Shown here one piece after another: positions 1-10,245 of a DNA stretch of 40,031 nucleotides (the stretch's first letter is position 1; every line of letters starts with the position of its first letter). The notes beneath the pieces were generated by a model, which was given only the letters and a program-made list of their open reading frames with translations, ran no database searches and was not told where the DNA came from. Position numbers and translations under genes: made by a program. The stretch lies in the sequence record SRR2962707_2248. The stretch is one strand, 5' to 3'.

Positions 1-1425
1 CATTTTGCTCTCCATGAATTTACTCGTGGTGATGACAGATCGTGCGTCCACCATTTCTCTGTTCTTATTTGGTACTTCAATACCAATGGTTCCTTTTCCC
101 GGAATCGGTGCGATGATACGTATTCCCAATGCAGCAAGACTTAGTGCGATATCATCTTCCAGGTTTTTGATTTTGGAGATTTTTACGCCAGCCTCAGGGA
201 CAATTTCATAAAGCGTCACTGTGGGGCCAATCGTCGCTTTTATACTGGAAATCCCAATCTTGAAATTGACCAATGTCTCGATGATACGATCTTTATTTTG
301 CTCCAGCTCGTCTTTGGATACCTTGACATCTTTGTCAGGGTATTCATTAAGCAGTGATGGGGTTGGAAATTTGTATCGCGGAAGATCGAGTGTTGGATCG
401 TAATTGATAGCTTGATCAGTGACCTCTTCTTCAAACTCTTTTTGCTCTACCTCAAAAGAAAGGTCTTCTAACTCCTCTTTTTTTGATATAGGTTTCTCCT
501 CGGTGGGAGGAGGAGCTGGTTTTTCTTCCTTCGGTGCAAATACTTTCTCTTCTACCTCTTTAGGAAGAGGTTCTTCGTCTTTAAATTCGGGAAGGTCAAT
601 AGTAAACTCAGGATCCGTTTTATCCTTTTTGGCTTCTTGCTGAGGAATTTTCTTTACCACCCAGGTTTCAGTCTCGTCGCGGTTTGCATCTTCATCTTCT
701 ACTTCCCTTTTGATTTGATCCAGTACAGAGGAGATATCCTGTTTTTTCTCTTTGGGCTTTTTCGCAGGGATGAGAGCCTTGATTTGACTCATCAGGTTTT
801 CGAAAGAAGGGACAATGCCGCTGAAAGCTGGAATGCGTGTGATATCGAAGAAGAACATATTGAATATCACAAACAGGAAAACGATGAATAAAATAGCTCC
901 CCATCCCATCAAACTATGGGAGATTACAGCCAGCTCATAGCCAATTCCACCGCTTAAAAACCCCCACATGGTTGTTTCTTCCTGGGCTAAGAGAAAGTAT
1001 CCCATCACCATGCTGATCCAGATCAGGTAAAAAACAACAAAGTTGAATGTCTTGGTGATTGGTAATAGCGCCCGATACCAGATGATACGATAAGCAACGA
1101 TGAATAAAAATGGAGGGATGAGGATAGCTGCAATGCCAAACCAAAGAAAGATAAAGTAGTGTGCAGCAATCGCACCAATCAGTCCAAAAGTATTTTGTAC
1201 TTCAGCACCTGATTCTTTCACGTTGGTACTGGTGTACGCTTCTACCACACTCTGGTCTGCCTGACCGGTGCTGAGATAGGATATAAAAGAAACACCCAGG
1301 AAAATAGAAATCAACAACAGGGTAAACCCGATAAATAAATGAAATTTTCGATCGGTGATGAAGTTGAATTTAAGGCTTGCCTTCTGCTTCTTCTCGCTCT
1401 TCTTCTTATACGTATTTTGTGCCAT
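1..1425 (-). CDS. ftsK: DNA translocase FtsK/SpoIIIE, N-terminal part (runs off the left edge of the window)
   Basis: Manual translation from ATG at 1425 gives MAQNTYKKKSEKKQK, then hydrophobic TM segments, a charged linker and the FtsK alpha-domain motif ISKIKNLEDDIALSLAALGIRIIAPIPGKGTIGIEVPN. It is absent from the ORF track, presumably because its stop lies outside the window. Confidence 0.93.
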   Translation of the reverse strand, partial: MAQNTYKKKSEKKQKASLKFNFITDRKFHLFIGFTLLLISIFLGVSFISYLSTGQADQSVVEAYTSTNVKESGAEVQNTFGLIGAIAAHYFIFLWFGIAAILIPPFLFIVAYRIIWYRALLPITKTFNFVVFYLIWISMVMGYFLLAQEETTMWGFLSGGIGYELAVISHSLMGWGAILFIVFLFVIFNMFFFDITRIPAFSGIVPSFENLMSQIKALIPAKKPKEKKQDISSVLDQIKREVEDEDANRDETETWVVKKIPQQEAKKDKTDPEFTIDLPEFKDEEPLPKEVEEKVFAPKEEKPAPPPTEEKPISKKEELEDLSFEVEQKEFEEEVTDQAINYDPTLDLPRYKFPTPSLLNEYPDKDVKVSKDELEQNKDRIIETLVNFKIGISSIKATIGPTVTLYEIVPEAGVKISKIKNLEDDIALSLAALGIRIIAPIPGKGTIGIEVPNKNREMVDARSVITTSKFMESKM

Positions 1426-1479
1426 AGGATATTACTTCCAAAAATAATGGAGTTTTCAGCGTGGATCAAACATGGTTAT

Positions 1480-1770
1480 TTATAAGTCTAAGTTTTCCTG
1501 ATCTTGAAAATTATTCCAAAACCTAACGAGTGTTATCTGATCTTCTTGCGCAAGGTAAAAAAGTGAAATTTGTTTTCTTATTACCGCTTTTCTGACATTT
1601 TTAAAATTGACCTTAGGGTAGAGTTGAGGGTGTTCTTGAATTAGAGAAAGTATTAATTCAACTTCTTGAATGAATCTTTTTGCGGTCTCTTCTGACCAGC
1701 GTGATAAAATGAAATCTATATTTTGATGATAATCTTGAATAGCATCCTCTGACCAAACAATTGGAAGCAT
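1480..1770 (-). CDS. Type II toxin, RelE/ParE family
   Basis: 96 aa with IVWSEDAIQD N-terminus, HPQLYP, VRKAVIRKQISLFY and LVRFWNNFQD C-terminus, typical of RelE/ParE proteins. Starts 3 bp after a small upstream ORF. Confidence 0.8.
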   Translation of the reverse strand: MLPIVWSEDAIQDYHQNIDFILSRWSEETAKRFIQEVELILSLIQEHPQLYPKVNFKNVRKAVIRKQISLFYLAQEDQITLVRFWNNFQDQENLDL

Positions 1771-1773
1771 TAA

Positions 1774-2013
1774 TTAGAAAAGATTAGGATACTTAGATTT
1801 AGTTTCAGTCTGAACTTCTTTATGACTTTTAATTTTCCCCGTCTCAATGGATTGTAATCCATCCTTAATCGCTTCTTCTTGTTCCTTTGAAATTGATACC
1901 TTCTTTTCATTTATTCCAGAAAGCTTTATGGATGATAGTAAATCGATGGTCTTCTCATCTTTTAACTCTAAAAGCCACTGAATCAAATCATCCTTTTGTG
2001 CCTGAATATCCAT
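1774..2013 (-). CDS. Putative antitoxin (addiction-module component)
   Basis: 79 aa directly upstream of the RelE/ParE gene. MDIQAQKDDLIQWLL...EQEEAIKDGLQSIETGKIKSHKEV resembles Bacteroidota addiction-module antitoxins. Confidence 0.7.
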   Translation of the reverse strand: MDIQAQKDDLIQWLLELKDEKTIDLLSSIKLSGINEKKVSISKEQEEAIKDGLQSIETGKIKSHKEVQTETKSKYPNLF

Positions 2014-2022
2014 GATTTAAAG

Positions 2023-3051
2023 TTAACTAATTTTCAAAAGCTCTTTATTGATCCGCTTGATCAATGCCGGACCCTCATAAACTAATCCGGTGTAAACCTG
2101 TACCAGATTAGCGCCAGCCTGAATTTTTTCTACTGCATCTTTAGGTGAATGAATACCACCCACAGCAATGATATGAACGAGAGGAAGGTGCCTTCTGATA
2201 TATTTAAGCACTTCATTTGACTTATCAAATACTGGTTTACCACTAAGTCCACCTGCTCCGATAGCTTCAACTCTACTTGAATCTGTTTTTAACCCTGATC
2301 GATCGATGGTTGTATTGGATACAATTAAACCATCCAAACTAAGCTTTTGAGTAATCTCAATAATGTCATCAAGCTGTGATTCAGTTAGGTCCGGAGCTAT
2401 TTTCAATAGAATTGGCTTTTGAACATCTTTCTTTTGATTTTCATCTTGTAAGGCTGCTAGCAGTTTCATTAACGGCTCTTTTTCCTGCAAATCACGTAAG
2501 CCTGGTGTGTTTGGTGAGCTCACATTCACAACGAAATAGTCCACATGATCATAAAGCTTTTCAAAGCATATGAGGTAGTCATCCAATGCCTTTTCATTTG
2601 GTGTGATTTTGTTCTTACCGATGTTACCCCCTACTAGAATATTAGATTTTCTTCTTTTTAGTCGTTCGACTGCCGCTTCAACACCCTCATTGTTAAAACC
2701 CATACGATTGATCAATGCTTCATCTTTCGGAAGTCTGAACAAGCGTGGTTGAGGGTTGCCCAGCTGCCCTTTTGGCGTAAGGGTGCCTATTTCAATAAAA
2801 CCAAAACCCAGGTTTGAAAAGTCATCTATGAGTTCAGCATTTTTGTCAAATCCGGCAGCCAAACCAACTGGGTTTTTGAATTTCAACCCAAACACCTCAC
2901 GCTCTAATCTTTGATCCTGAAAACTGAACATTCCCCGGATGATCGCCTTACCGAAAGGGAGTTTCAATATGAAGTGGAGCAGTCCGGTTGTTATTTTGTG
3001 GGCTTTTTCAGGGGAAAAAAGAAACAAAATAGGTTTTAAAAGTTGGTACAT
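2023..3051 (-). CDS. pyrD: Quinone-dependent dihydroorotate dehydrogenase (class 2)
   Basis: Motifs [53 protein letters not shown]. Confidence 0.97.
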   Translation of the reverse strand: MYQLLKPILFLFSPEKAHKITTGLLHFILKLPFGKAIIRGMFSFQDQRLEREVFGLKFKNPVGLAAGFDKNAELIDDFSNLGFGFIEIGTLTPKGQLGNPQPRLFRLPKDEALINRMGFNNEGVEAAVERLKRRKSNILVGGNIGKNKITPNEKALDDYLICFEKLYDHVDYFVVNVSSPNTPGLRDLQEKEPLMKLLAALQDENQKKDVQKPILLKIAPDLTESQLDDIIEITQKLSLDGLIVSNTTIDRSGLKTDSSRVEAIGAGGLSGKPVFDKSNEVLKYIRRHLPLVHIIAVGGIHSPKDAVEKIQAGANLVQVYTGLVYEGPALIKRINKELLKIS

Positions 3052-3950
3052 CAGCTTCTGGGATGGAATTGGGTTATTACCTGTTTTAAATAGTCCCGAT
3101 CAAGGTGTGTATAGATTTCTGTGGTGGTGATGGATTCATGTCCAAGCATTTCCTGCACTGCACGTAAATCTGCACCTCCTTCGATCAGATGTGTTGCAAA
3201 ACTATGACGAAATGTATGGGGACTGATGTTTTTCTTCAATCCAATTTTAGCGGCCAGATCTTTAATCACCATAAACACCATCACTCGGCTTATTGCCTTA
3301 CCACGTTTGGTCACAAAAAGGTGATCCTCAAATCCGGGTTTTACATCAATGTGTACACGTACTTCATCTCGAAAGATTTTAATGTGTTTGAGCGCAGATC
3401 GTCCAATCGGAACCAGACGTTCCTTACTTCCTTTACCAATGATTCTCAGAAAACCGATATCATCATGAATGTTGCTGATTTTTAGATTGATTAACTCAGT
3501 GACACGCAGGCCAGAACTGTAAAGGGTTTCCAACATCGCCCTGTTTCGCTGACCTTCCGGAGTTGACATATCTATTGCCCCGAAGAGTTCTTCTATTTCA
3601 GGAAGATCAAGGGTGTCAGGCAGCTTCCTTCCAAGTTTAGGTGCTTCTATCAATTCGGAGGGATCCTTTGTGATCACTTCCTCATAAACCAGAAACCGAA
3701 AGAATGCTTTAAGTCCGGATACCATGCGTGCTTGAGTGTAGGCGGACATTCCGAGCTCATTGATGAACTCAAGAAAATCGATGAGGTCCTGTTGGGTGAT
3801 TTTGGTCGGAGGGGTGTCTCTCTCCTTTATCTCCAAAAACTGTTGAAGTTTGGCCATATCTGCGAGGTAGGCATCTACAGAGTTTTGGGCCAATGACCGC
3901 TCGAGCTTTAGGTAGCTTTTAAATTGTTTGGTATATGTGGGCCAGGACAA
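3051..3950 (-). CDS. xerD: Site-specific tyrosine recombinase XerD
   Basis: Catalytic set present: [32 protein letters not shown]. Likely start is TTG at 3950 (LSWPTY); the ORF track extends to 4004. Confidence 0.9.
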   Translation of the reverse strand: MSWPTYTKQFKSYLKLERSLAQNSVDAYLADMAKLQQFLEIKERDTPPTKITQQDLIDFLEFINELGMSAYTQARMVSGLKAFFRFLVYEEVITKDPSELIEAPKLGRKLPDTLDLPEIEELFGAIDMSTPEGQRNRAMLETLYSSGLRVTELINLKISNIHDDIGFLRIIGKGSKERLVPIGRSALKHIKIFRDEVRVHIDVKPGFEDHLFVTKRGKAISRVMVFMVIKDLAAKIGLKKNISPHTFRHSFATHLIEGGADLRAVQEMLGHESITTTEIYTHLDRDYLKQVITQFHPRS

Positions 3951-4078
3951 GTGATTGACTTTAGTGAATGTCGGATTGAGCTTGTCGAAATCTTTAACAT
4001 TCACGTTTCGAGAGCCTCAACGTGACGAATTCAACAAAACATCCTAATTTTCAAAATTACATTCAAAATTGCATCAAT

Positions 4079-4495
4079 TTGAGAATACTCATATTAAACG
4101 GACCTAATCTTAACCTCCTTGGCAGACGAGAGCCTGAGATCTATGGCAATCAATCGTTTGAGGATTTTTTTAAAGAATTGCAAAAGCAGTTTGGTCAACA
4201 TGAATTGGAATATTTTCAATCCAATCATGAGGGAGCTTTAATAGATAAACTTCACGAGGTTGGTTTTACCTATGATGGAATCGTCTTTAACCCTGGAGCG
4301 TACACACACACCAGCATCGCGTTGCGGGATGCGATTGCCGGAATAGAAACGCCGGTATTCGAAGTGCATATCTCTAACCTTGCTGAGAGAGAAGAATTTA
4401 GACAGACTAGTTATATCAAAGATGTTTGTGTTGGTTCGATTAATGGAATGGGTCTGGAGGGGTATGCGGTGGCAATCGAAGAGCTTGATGGTTAA
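4079..4495 (+). CDS. aroQ: Type II 3-dehydroquinate dehydratase
   Basis: Motifs ILNGPNLNLLGRREPEIYG, QSNHEG, NPGAYTHTS, EVHISN. Probable TTG start at 4079. Confidence 0.96.
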   Translation: MRILILNGPNLNLLGRREPEIYGNQSFEDFFKELQKQFGQHELEYFQSNHEGALIDKLHEVGFTYDGIVFNPGAYTHTSIALRDAIAGIETPVFEVHISNLAEREEFRQTSYIKDVCVGSINGMGLEGYAVAIEELDG

Positions 4496-4510
4496 GATAA
4501 CAAGACTAGC

Positions 4511-5080
4511 TTAGATTGGGGCGTCCATTAACACAAGCATAGAATCTATGCGGTCCTTCATTTGAAATGGACCTTTCATATCAAAGCGCTCATCAAACTT
4601 CAACCGATACATTCTATCAACAAATAATCCCATTAAATTATCAGTTATGTCTCCGTTTAGATAAGCCTGGTACAATAACTTAATGTGTTTTTCTCTGACT
4701 TGTAGGTCTGGTGAATGATGAATAACCATTGCAGGCTGACTTGCTGCCTTAATGCCTACACTATCTGCATTTGGGTATCCAAACTTTTTAAATATTTCTT
4801 CAACGCGAATTAGATTCTCTTCATCAGTTTTGTTCATCTCGTTGATGAGATCGTATTTCTCTTGAGAATTTTGACCAAACCGTAATTCAACTTCAGTAAT
4901 TTGATTTCTAAACTTCTGATCCAGTTCTCCTATCATCTCAAGATAATTCTCCAGTTCGGAAGCTGAGTTGATTTTATTTGTTTCTTTCTTAATATTTGTT
5001 CGTATCCCACTTGAGGAATTGTCACTCGGATTATGACAAGAACATACGGCAAGGAAAATGAATGAGATGAGTTTGTTCAT
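4511..5080 (-). CDS. Hypothetical lipoprotein (DUF6624-like)
   Basis: Lipobox-like LAVCSC, plus DQKFR, D..N, GYP..DSVG and DR motifs recalled from this family. Confidence 0.55.
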   Translation of the reverse strand: MNKLISFIFLAVCSCHNPSDNSSSGIRTNIKKETNKINSASELENYLEMIGELDQKFRNQITEVELRFGQNSQEKYDLINEMNKTDEENLIRVEEIFKKFGYPNADSVGIKAASQPAMVIHHSPDLQVREKHIKLLYQAYLNGDITDNLMGLFVDRMYRLKFDERFDMKGPFQMKDRIDSMLVLMDAPI

Positions 5081-5192
5081 TAATAAATTACTCGTAATAA
5101 TTGACTAAAATATGGGCTCAAGCCGAATTTTGTAGATAAGGAGTAATTCTTTTCACCATCTAACTTCTTATCTTTCCCTTAAATACACCGCC

Positions 5193-5735
5193 ATGACAGA
5201 TGTTCAAAAGCAAAAAATCACTCACTTTTTTAACGTGCTGGACAACAACGGAAACGGCATTCTCGAAAAGGATGACTTTGAGTTAGTAGGAGAGACGATG
5301 AGCGATATCATCGGTTTAGATGACAACTCTGTTGTAAGACTGGAGCTCAAACTCCGGGCACATAGACTGTTTGTCCAAATATTAAAAGATATAGAAAAGG
5401 AACAGGCTGAACTCACCCTTGATGAGTGGATTCAGTTTTTTGATGACGTGGTTCTGTCTCAGCCGAATGATTACATCAATCAATCTGCTACCTACCTTTT
5501 TTCTCTTTTTGATCAGGACATGGATGGACACATTGATGAACGAGAATACCTGGATATGTTCAAAGCGTATGGCCTGTACATGTCAGTAGCCAAAAAAGCG
5601 TTTGACTTACTTGATATCAATGGAGATGGACGAATCAGTGGAGGCGAGCTGGTTAAAGCCTTTGAAGACTTTTTTATGTCACCTGATGAGAAGGCTCCTG
5701 GCAACTGGATCTTTGGTGATTGGAGAAGGGGTTGA
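5193..5735 (+). CDS. EF-hand calcium-binding protein (calerythrin/SCP-like)
   Basis: Three EF loops (DNNGNGILEKDD, DQDMDGHIDERE, DINGDGRISGGE), a degenerate second hand and a C-terminal PGNWIFG. Confidence 0.88.
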   Translation: MTDVQKQKITHFFNVLDNNGNGILEKDDFELVGETMSDIIGLDDNSVVRLELKLRAHRLFVQILKDIEKEQAELTLDEWIQFFDDVVLSQPNDYINQSATYLFSLFDQDMDGHIDEREYLDMFKAYGLYMSVAKKAFDLLDINGDGRISGGELVKAFEDFFMSPDEKAPGNWIFGDWRRG

Positions 5736-5736
5736 A

Positions 5737-6174
5737 TTAGATCCTTTTCTTAAAAGTCACTAGTTGATTCACTTCTTCAAATCCCACTGAATGATGAAAG
5801 TGAATACTTAGTTGATTCGTTATCTCGGTATCAGAAGCCATCTCAGCACACCCTTTGGCTTTGCCCCATCTTTCAGCTACTTCAATGAGCTTTTTTGCTA
5901 TTCCTTCCTTTCTGTGACTTGGGTCAACATATATACCTTCCATATAGAGAACCGGAGAGGTTGATGTTCCTTCCACAAACTCATATCTGAGTGCCAGCTG
6001 AATGAAGCCTAAATAAATCCCATGATTTTTCGCAATGAAAGCCGTCTCTGTTTTTGATTCAAGGATTTTAAGTCCATTTTGAAATTCCTCTTTGTAATTG
6101 CATTCAGGCCAGAGGTAAAGAACTAGTTGTGCCAGGTCAGAGACATTATCCTTCGAGATTTCTTCAATAGTCAT
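5737..6174 (-). CDS. GNAT acetyltransferase, AAC(6')-I aminoglycoside 6'-N-acetyltransferase-like
   Basis: LWP, LRYEFVEGTSTSPVLYMEGIYV and EMASDT..N..S..FH..VGFEE signature of AAC(6')-I. Start at ATG 6174 (MTIEEIS). Confidence 0.8.
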   Translation of the reverse strand: MTIEEISKDNVSDLAQLVLYLWPECNYKEEFQNGLKILESKTETAFIAKNHGIYLGFIQLALRYEFVEGTSTSPVLYMEGIYVDPSHRKEGIAKKLIEVAERWGKAKGCAEMASDTEITNQLSIHFHHSVGFEEVNQLVTFKKRI

Positions 6175-6225
6175 GGCGTAACAGGGTGGTGCTACTATAA
6201 AGATACATTCTGGTTTTCTTAGAAT

Positions 6226-6255
6226 AAAAAAAGCCACCTCAAATTTGAAGTGGCT
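6226..6255 (-). terminator. Rho-independent terminator after the VPS10/BNR gene
   Basis: Minus strand reads AGCCACTTC-AAATTT-GAGGTGGCT followed by a U-tract. Confidence 0.75.
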
Positions 6256-6284
6256 AATTGTACCATTAGTTAGTCTATTAATCC

Positions 6285-9179
6285 CTATTCCTTTCTACCT
6301 GGTCTCTCCCTTGGTTTTTTTATAGTTAAAGGAGTTTCTACGTTCGTGTTGCCGACTGTGACACGAACCGTGTATTCTCCAATCGTTAAATGATAGTCGC
6401 CATTTTCGGCGGCTTCATAATTTTCCTTTTGTTCCTCATCAAGTAGTTCTTTGTATGACTCATCGGTTTCCAATGGTATTTCAGCATTATTCAAACCTTG
6501 ATCAGCCTTAATATCTGTGGAAGAAACTACCTGATCCTTAAAGATAATTTCAATTTTCCCATTAGCAGCAGAGTTTGCATAAAAAGTCACATCAATCGTC
6601 GGCTCGATAACGTCACCCCACGTCCAGGTCTTACTTCCCCACCTGGAACTGTGTGTTACTTCCTTAATTGGGAATGCATGTATTTCTTTGGCTAAAATTT
6701 CATCATTCATTTGCTGAACAATAGACACATCACCAATGTAAATACCTCTTCCATGAGTGCCCAGAACCAATTCATTTGCTCTTGGATGAACAATCAAGTC
6801 ATGAACCGGTGTGTTTGGTAAGCCTTCCGCAAAGGCCTGATAGCTTTGTCCTCCATCAATTGAAACGTATACACCATGATCAGTTCCGACATAAATGATA
6901 TTTTCGTTCACAGGGTCTTCTTTTACCACGTTAACGGGTTCCATCGGAAGGTTTGCAGAGATGTCTTTCCAGTTATTTCCATAATCCTCACTCACGTAAA
7001 CAAGTGGTCGGAAATTGTCCCATCGGTAACCATTCAATGAAGCATACACTCTGCCTTCTTTATGTGCAGATGCGACAACTGTACTGACCCAAAAGTTCTC
7101 GGGTAAATTATCCGTGATCTTCGTCCAGCTTTCACCTGCATTTTCTGAGCGATGGATCAGGCCATCATCACTACCCACGTAAATCAATCCAAATCGCGTT
7201 GGGGATTCCGAGATGGTGGTAAGGGTTCCGTAGCTCACGTCTCCTTTTTTTCCACCATTGGTAAGGTCTCCACTAAGTGTTTCAAAGTTTTCGCCCATGT
7301 CCATGGACCGGTGGAAACGATTGCTGCCGAAGTAAACAATGTCCTGATTGTGACTGGAAAGAGCAATAGGTGCTTCCCAGTTCCAGCGATACGGGGCATC
7401 CCCCAATTGATGACGAGGTGTGATGTATTTTCTTTCTCCGGTTTCTGTATTGATTCTGAAGTAATTACCAAACTGATAGCCAGTATAAACGGTCTTATTA
7501 TCTCGGGTATCAACAGCCACCTGCATGCCATCTCCACCCATCAGTCTTTCATACGGATAACGGCCTTCCTGATACCAGCTTCTTGAATATTCGTAGGTAC
7601 TTGGCCCTTTCCATACGCCATTGTCCTGGAGTCCACCATAGACATTGTATGGCTCTGCCATATCTACTGCGATCGAATAAAACTGCCCAACAGAAGGGGA
7701 GTTGCAGTTGATCCACGTTGCACCAGTGTCATAGCTCACATAAACGCCTCCGTCATTACCCAGAATCAAATGTCTTGGGTCTTTAGGATTGATCCAGAGC
7801 GCATGGTGATCCACATGGACATTATCTTCATTGATGTTTTTAAATGTTTTTCCACCGTCCTCAGACCGAACGATTGGAACACCCATGGTATACACTACAT
7901 CCGGGTTTTGGGCGTCTACCCGCACCTGTCCAAAGTAATAACCATATGAGAAGATCATGCTTTCGATGAAACCTTCGTGAGTCTTTTTCCAGGTCTTCCC
8001 TGCATCATCCGACCGATACATTTCTCCGCCTTTTACAGGTGTGTCAAATAGAAGCGAGTTGGCGTCTTCCGTATAAATCACCAAATCAATGGGTTTTACT
8101 TTTCCTGCTTCTACATCCTTTTTGATGTCAACCGCATTGTATTCTCTGGGGAAGCCATTGTCATCCAAGAATTCGTTTATCTCCTTGTTTTCAAGCGCCA
8201 TGAATTGTTGATTATTCATGCTTCGTAGCGCATCTTTAGTCAAACCTTCTTCATCATCGTCTTCCTTGGGTCTTCTATCCTGATTGTCAAGGATGGCATA
8301 AACGATGTTTGGGTTTGATGGAGCGAAAGCGAGACCTACCCGACCGGTACCGTCTGTATCAGGAAAACCGGAATCATCTGAAATTTCATTCCATGTATTT
8401 CCTCCATCTTCGGAACGGTAAATGGCTGTACCGGGTCCAGCCTCAGTGAAGTTCCATGCTTTTCGGTCCTTCTCCCATGCTCCGGCAATCAATAAATCAG
8501 GGTTGTCCGGATGCATGATCAATTCCACGATCCCTGTTCGATTGTTAACAAATAAGGTTTTGTTCCATGTCTTTCCACCATCGGTGGATTTATAAATCCC
8601 ACGTTCCGGATTTTCAGAATAGAGATGACCCAAGGCGGCTACCCAAACGGTATTAGGATCACTGGGGTGAATAAGGATTCGTCCAATGTGATGTGTTTCA
8701 GCCAGGCCTAAATGTTCCCAGCTTTTACCATTGTCTGATGACTTAAATATGCCATAACCTGAGTAGGAGGAGCGGCTGGAATTGTTTTCCCCTGACCCCA
8801 CATAAATGATGTCATTCTCCCAGTCTACTTCAATGTCACCAATGGTCATCACGATTTGATTATCGAAGATGGGCTCGAAGGAGGTCCCGTTGTTCTTCGT
8901 CTCCCAAAGTGAGCCTGAAGCATAGGCGGCATAGAAATGTGAAGGATCAGCAGGATCCACAGCCAGGTCAACTACCCGTCCACTCATCACCGTAGGTCCC
9001 ACATTTCGGAATGGAACATTTTTGACTAGCGAGCTTTGTTCTAATTCTAATCGTTGCTGGTATCCCTCCCACCGTTGTTTTGCCGGTGTGGCAGGAGGCA
9101 TGTCATTGGACTTTTTCTTTCGCTGAGCCGGTAAAATTATGACCAAGCTCAGAAAGAGAAGTAGGAAAATGGTTCTCAT
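6285..9179 (-). CDS. Secreted VPS10/BNR-repeat (Asp-box) beta-propeller protein, glycosyl hydrolase-like
   Basis: Signal peptide, FRNVGPTVMSGRVVD, many SxDGGxTW Asp-boxes, GGLQDNG, GGDG, GTHGRG. Confidence 0.85.
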   Translation of the reverse strand: MRTIFLLLFLSLVIILPAQRKKKSNDMPPATPAKQRWEGYQQRLELEQSSLVKNVPFRNVGPTVMSGRVVDLAVDPADPSHFYAAYASGSLWETKNNGTSFEPIFDNQIVMTIGDIEVDWENDIIYVGSGENNSSRSSYSGYGIFKSSDNGKSWEHLGLAETHHIGRILIHPSDPNTVWVAALGHLYSENPERGIYKSTDGGKTWNKTLFVNNRTGIVELIMHPDNPDLLIAGAWEKDRKAWNFTEAGPGTAIYRSEDGGNTWNEISDDSGFPDTDGTGRVGLAFAPSNPNIVYAILDNQDRRPKEDDDEEGLTKDALRSMNNQQFMALENKEINEFLDDNGFPREYNAVDIKKDVEAGKVKPIDLVIYTEDANSLLFDTPVKGGEMYRSDDAGKTWKKTHEGFIESMIFSYGYYFGQVRVDAQNPDVVYTMGVPIVRSEDGGKTFKNINEDNVHVDHHALWINPKDPRHLILGNDGGVYVSYDTGATWINCNSPSVGQFYSIAVDMAEPYNVYGGLQDNGVWKGPSTYEYSRSWYQEGRYPYERLMGGDGMQVAVDTRDNKTVYTGYQFGNYFRINTETGERKYITPRHQLGDAPYRWNWEAPIALSSHNQDIVYFGSNRFHRSMDMGENFETLSGDLTNGGKKGDVSYGTLTTISESPTRFGLIYVGSDDGLIHRSENAGESWTKITDNLPENFWVSTVVASAHKEGRVYASLNGYRWDNFRPLVYVSEDYGNNWKDISANLPMEPVNVVKEDPVNENIIYVGTDHGVYVSIDGGQSYQAFAEGLPNTPVHDLIVHPRANELVLGTHGRGIYIGDVSIVQQMNDEILAKEIHAFPIKEVTHSSRWGSKTWTWGDVIEPTIDVTFYANSAANGKIEIIFKDQVVSSTDIKADQGLNNAEIPLETDESYKELLDEEQKENYEAAENGDYHLTIGEYTVRVTVGNTNVETPLTIKKPRERPGRKE

Positions 9180-9246
9180 GAGGTTAGATTTTTTAATAAG
9201 TTAGTAAGTATAAATCAGAACCTATTTGAAATCAACCATTACCTAC

Positions 9247-10245
9247 ATGAAGAAGCATATATGGATTTTAATGGTAGTTGTCGCGGGATGTACAACTACG
9301 TTAGAGAAAAACACGGAGAAATTGGCAGAAACGGTAGATCCAGTACCGGATCATACACTCACTTCTGATCAAACACATAATAAGTGGAGCAAGACAATAG
9401 AACCGATTTTAACAATTAACTCTGGTGAAGTAGTGGAAATCAGCACAGAAGAAGCAACTGATGGACAGCTGACAATTGATTCTGATACTTCGGATTTAAT
9501 GAATCTCAGCTTCGATCCGATTCATCCATTGACTGGGCCGATTTTCATCAATGATGCTCAACCTGGAGATGTGATTGCTGTGACTCTTCATAAAATTGAA
9601 ATTGGGGATTGGGGCTGGACGGCCATACTGCCAGGGTTTGGATTTTTGGCTGATGAATTCACTGAGCCACATTTGAAGACATTTGAACTGGCTGGAAAAA
9701 ACAACGTGCGTTTTGCTGACGGAATTAATATTCCTTTGAAGCCATTCCCCGGCGTTTTGGGTGTAGCTCCGAATACCGATAGTTTATTATCTACGATCCC
9801 TCCCAGAGCAAATGGAGGTAATATGGATGATCCGAATATTGTGGAGGGCACTACTGTTTACCTCCCTGTATTTGTCGAAGGTGCCTTATTTTCAATCGGT
9901 GATGCACATGCTGCCCAGGGTCTAGGTGAGGTGTGTGGTACAGCCATTGAGGCTCCTATGAAGTTTCTGGTTGAGATAGAACTATTGAAAGGATCTTCCA
10001 TTAGTGAACCTCAGTATGAAAATGAAGATGTATATGCAGTAACAGCTTACGCTACTACCATTGATGAGGCAGCCAAAAAAGCCACCAGATACATGATCGA
10101 TTACCTGGTTAAAAATCATGGTTTGAGTAGAAATGATGCTTACATGCTTTGTTCACTTGCCGGTGATCTTAAAATCGCAGAAGTGGTAGATGTACCACAC
10201 ATGTTGGTTACCATGTCTATTAACAAAGAAGTATTATCCAAATGA
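9247..10245 (+). CDS. Acetamidase/formamidase family protein, probable lipoprotein
   Basis: Motifs HPLTGPI, PGDV, GGNMD, GDAHAAQGLGEVCGTAIE, AYMLCSLAGDL. N-terminal VVVAGC lipobox. Confidence 0.88.
   Translation: MKKHIWILMVVVAGCTTTLEKNTEKLAETVDPVPDHTLTSDQTHNKWSKTIEPILTINSGEVVEISTEEATDGQLTIDSDTSDLMNLSFDPIHPLTGPIFINDAQPGDVIAVTLHKIEIGDWGWTAILPGFGFLADEFTEPHLKTFELAGKNNVRFADGINIPLKPFPGVLGVAPNTDSLLSTIPPRANGGNMDDPNIVEGTTVYLPVFVEGALFSIGDAHAAQGLGEVCGTAIEAPMKFLVEIELLKGSSISEPQYENEDVYAVTAYATTIDEAAKKATRYMIDYLVKNHGLSRNDAYMLCSLAGDLKIAEVVDVPHMLVTMSINKEVLSK

Noticed and set aside
5-1144. Several short ORFs in the ORF track
   Set aside because: All overlap the ftsK reading frame, which explains the region.
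3051-3950. Integrase of a prophage, island or integron
   Set aside because: Sequence, size and context (pyrD, aroQ, ftsK) fit housekeeping XerD. I saw no att sites or integron-integrase insertion.
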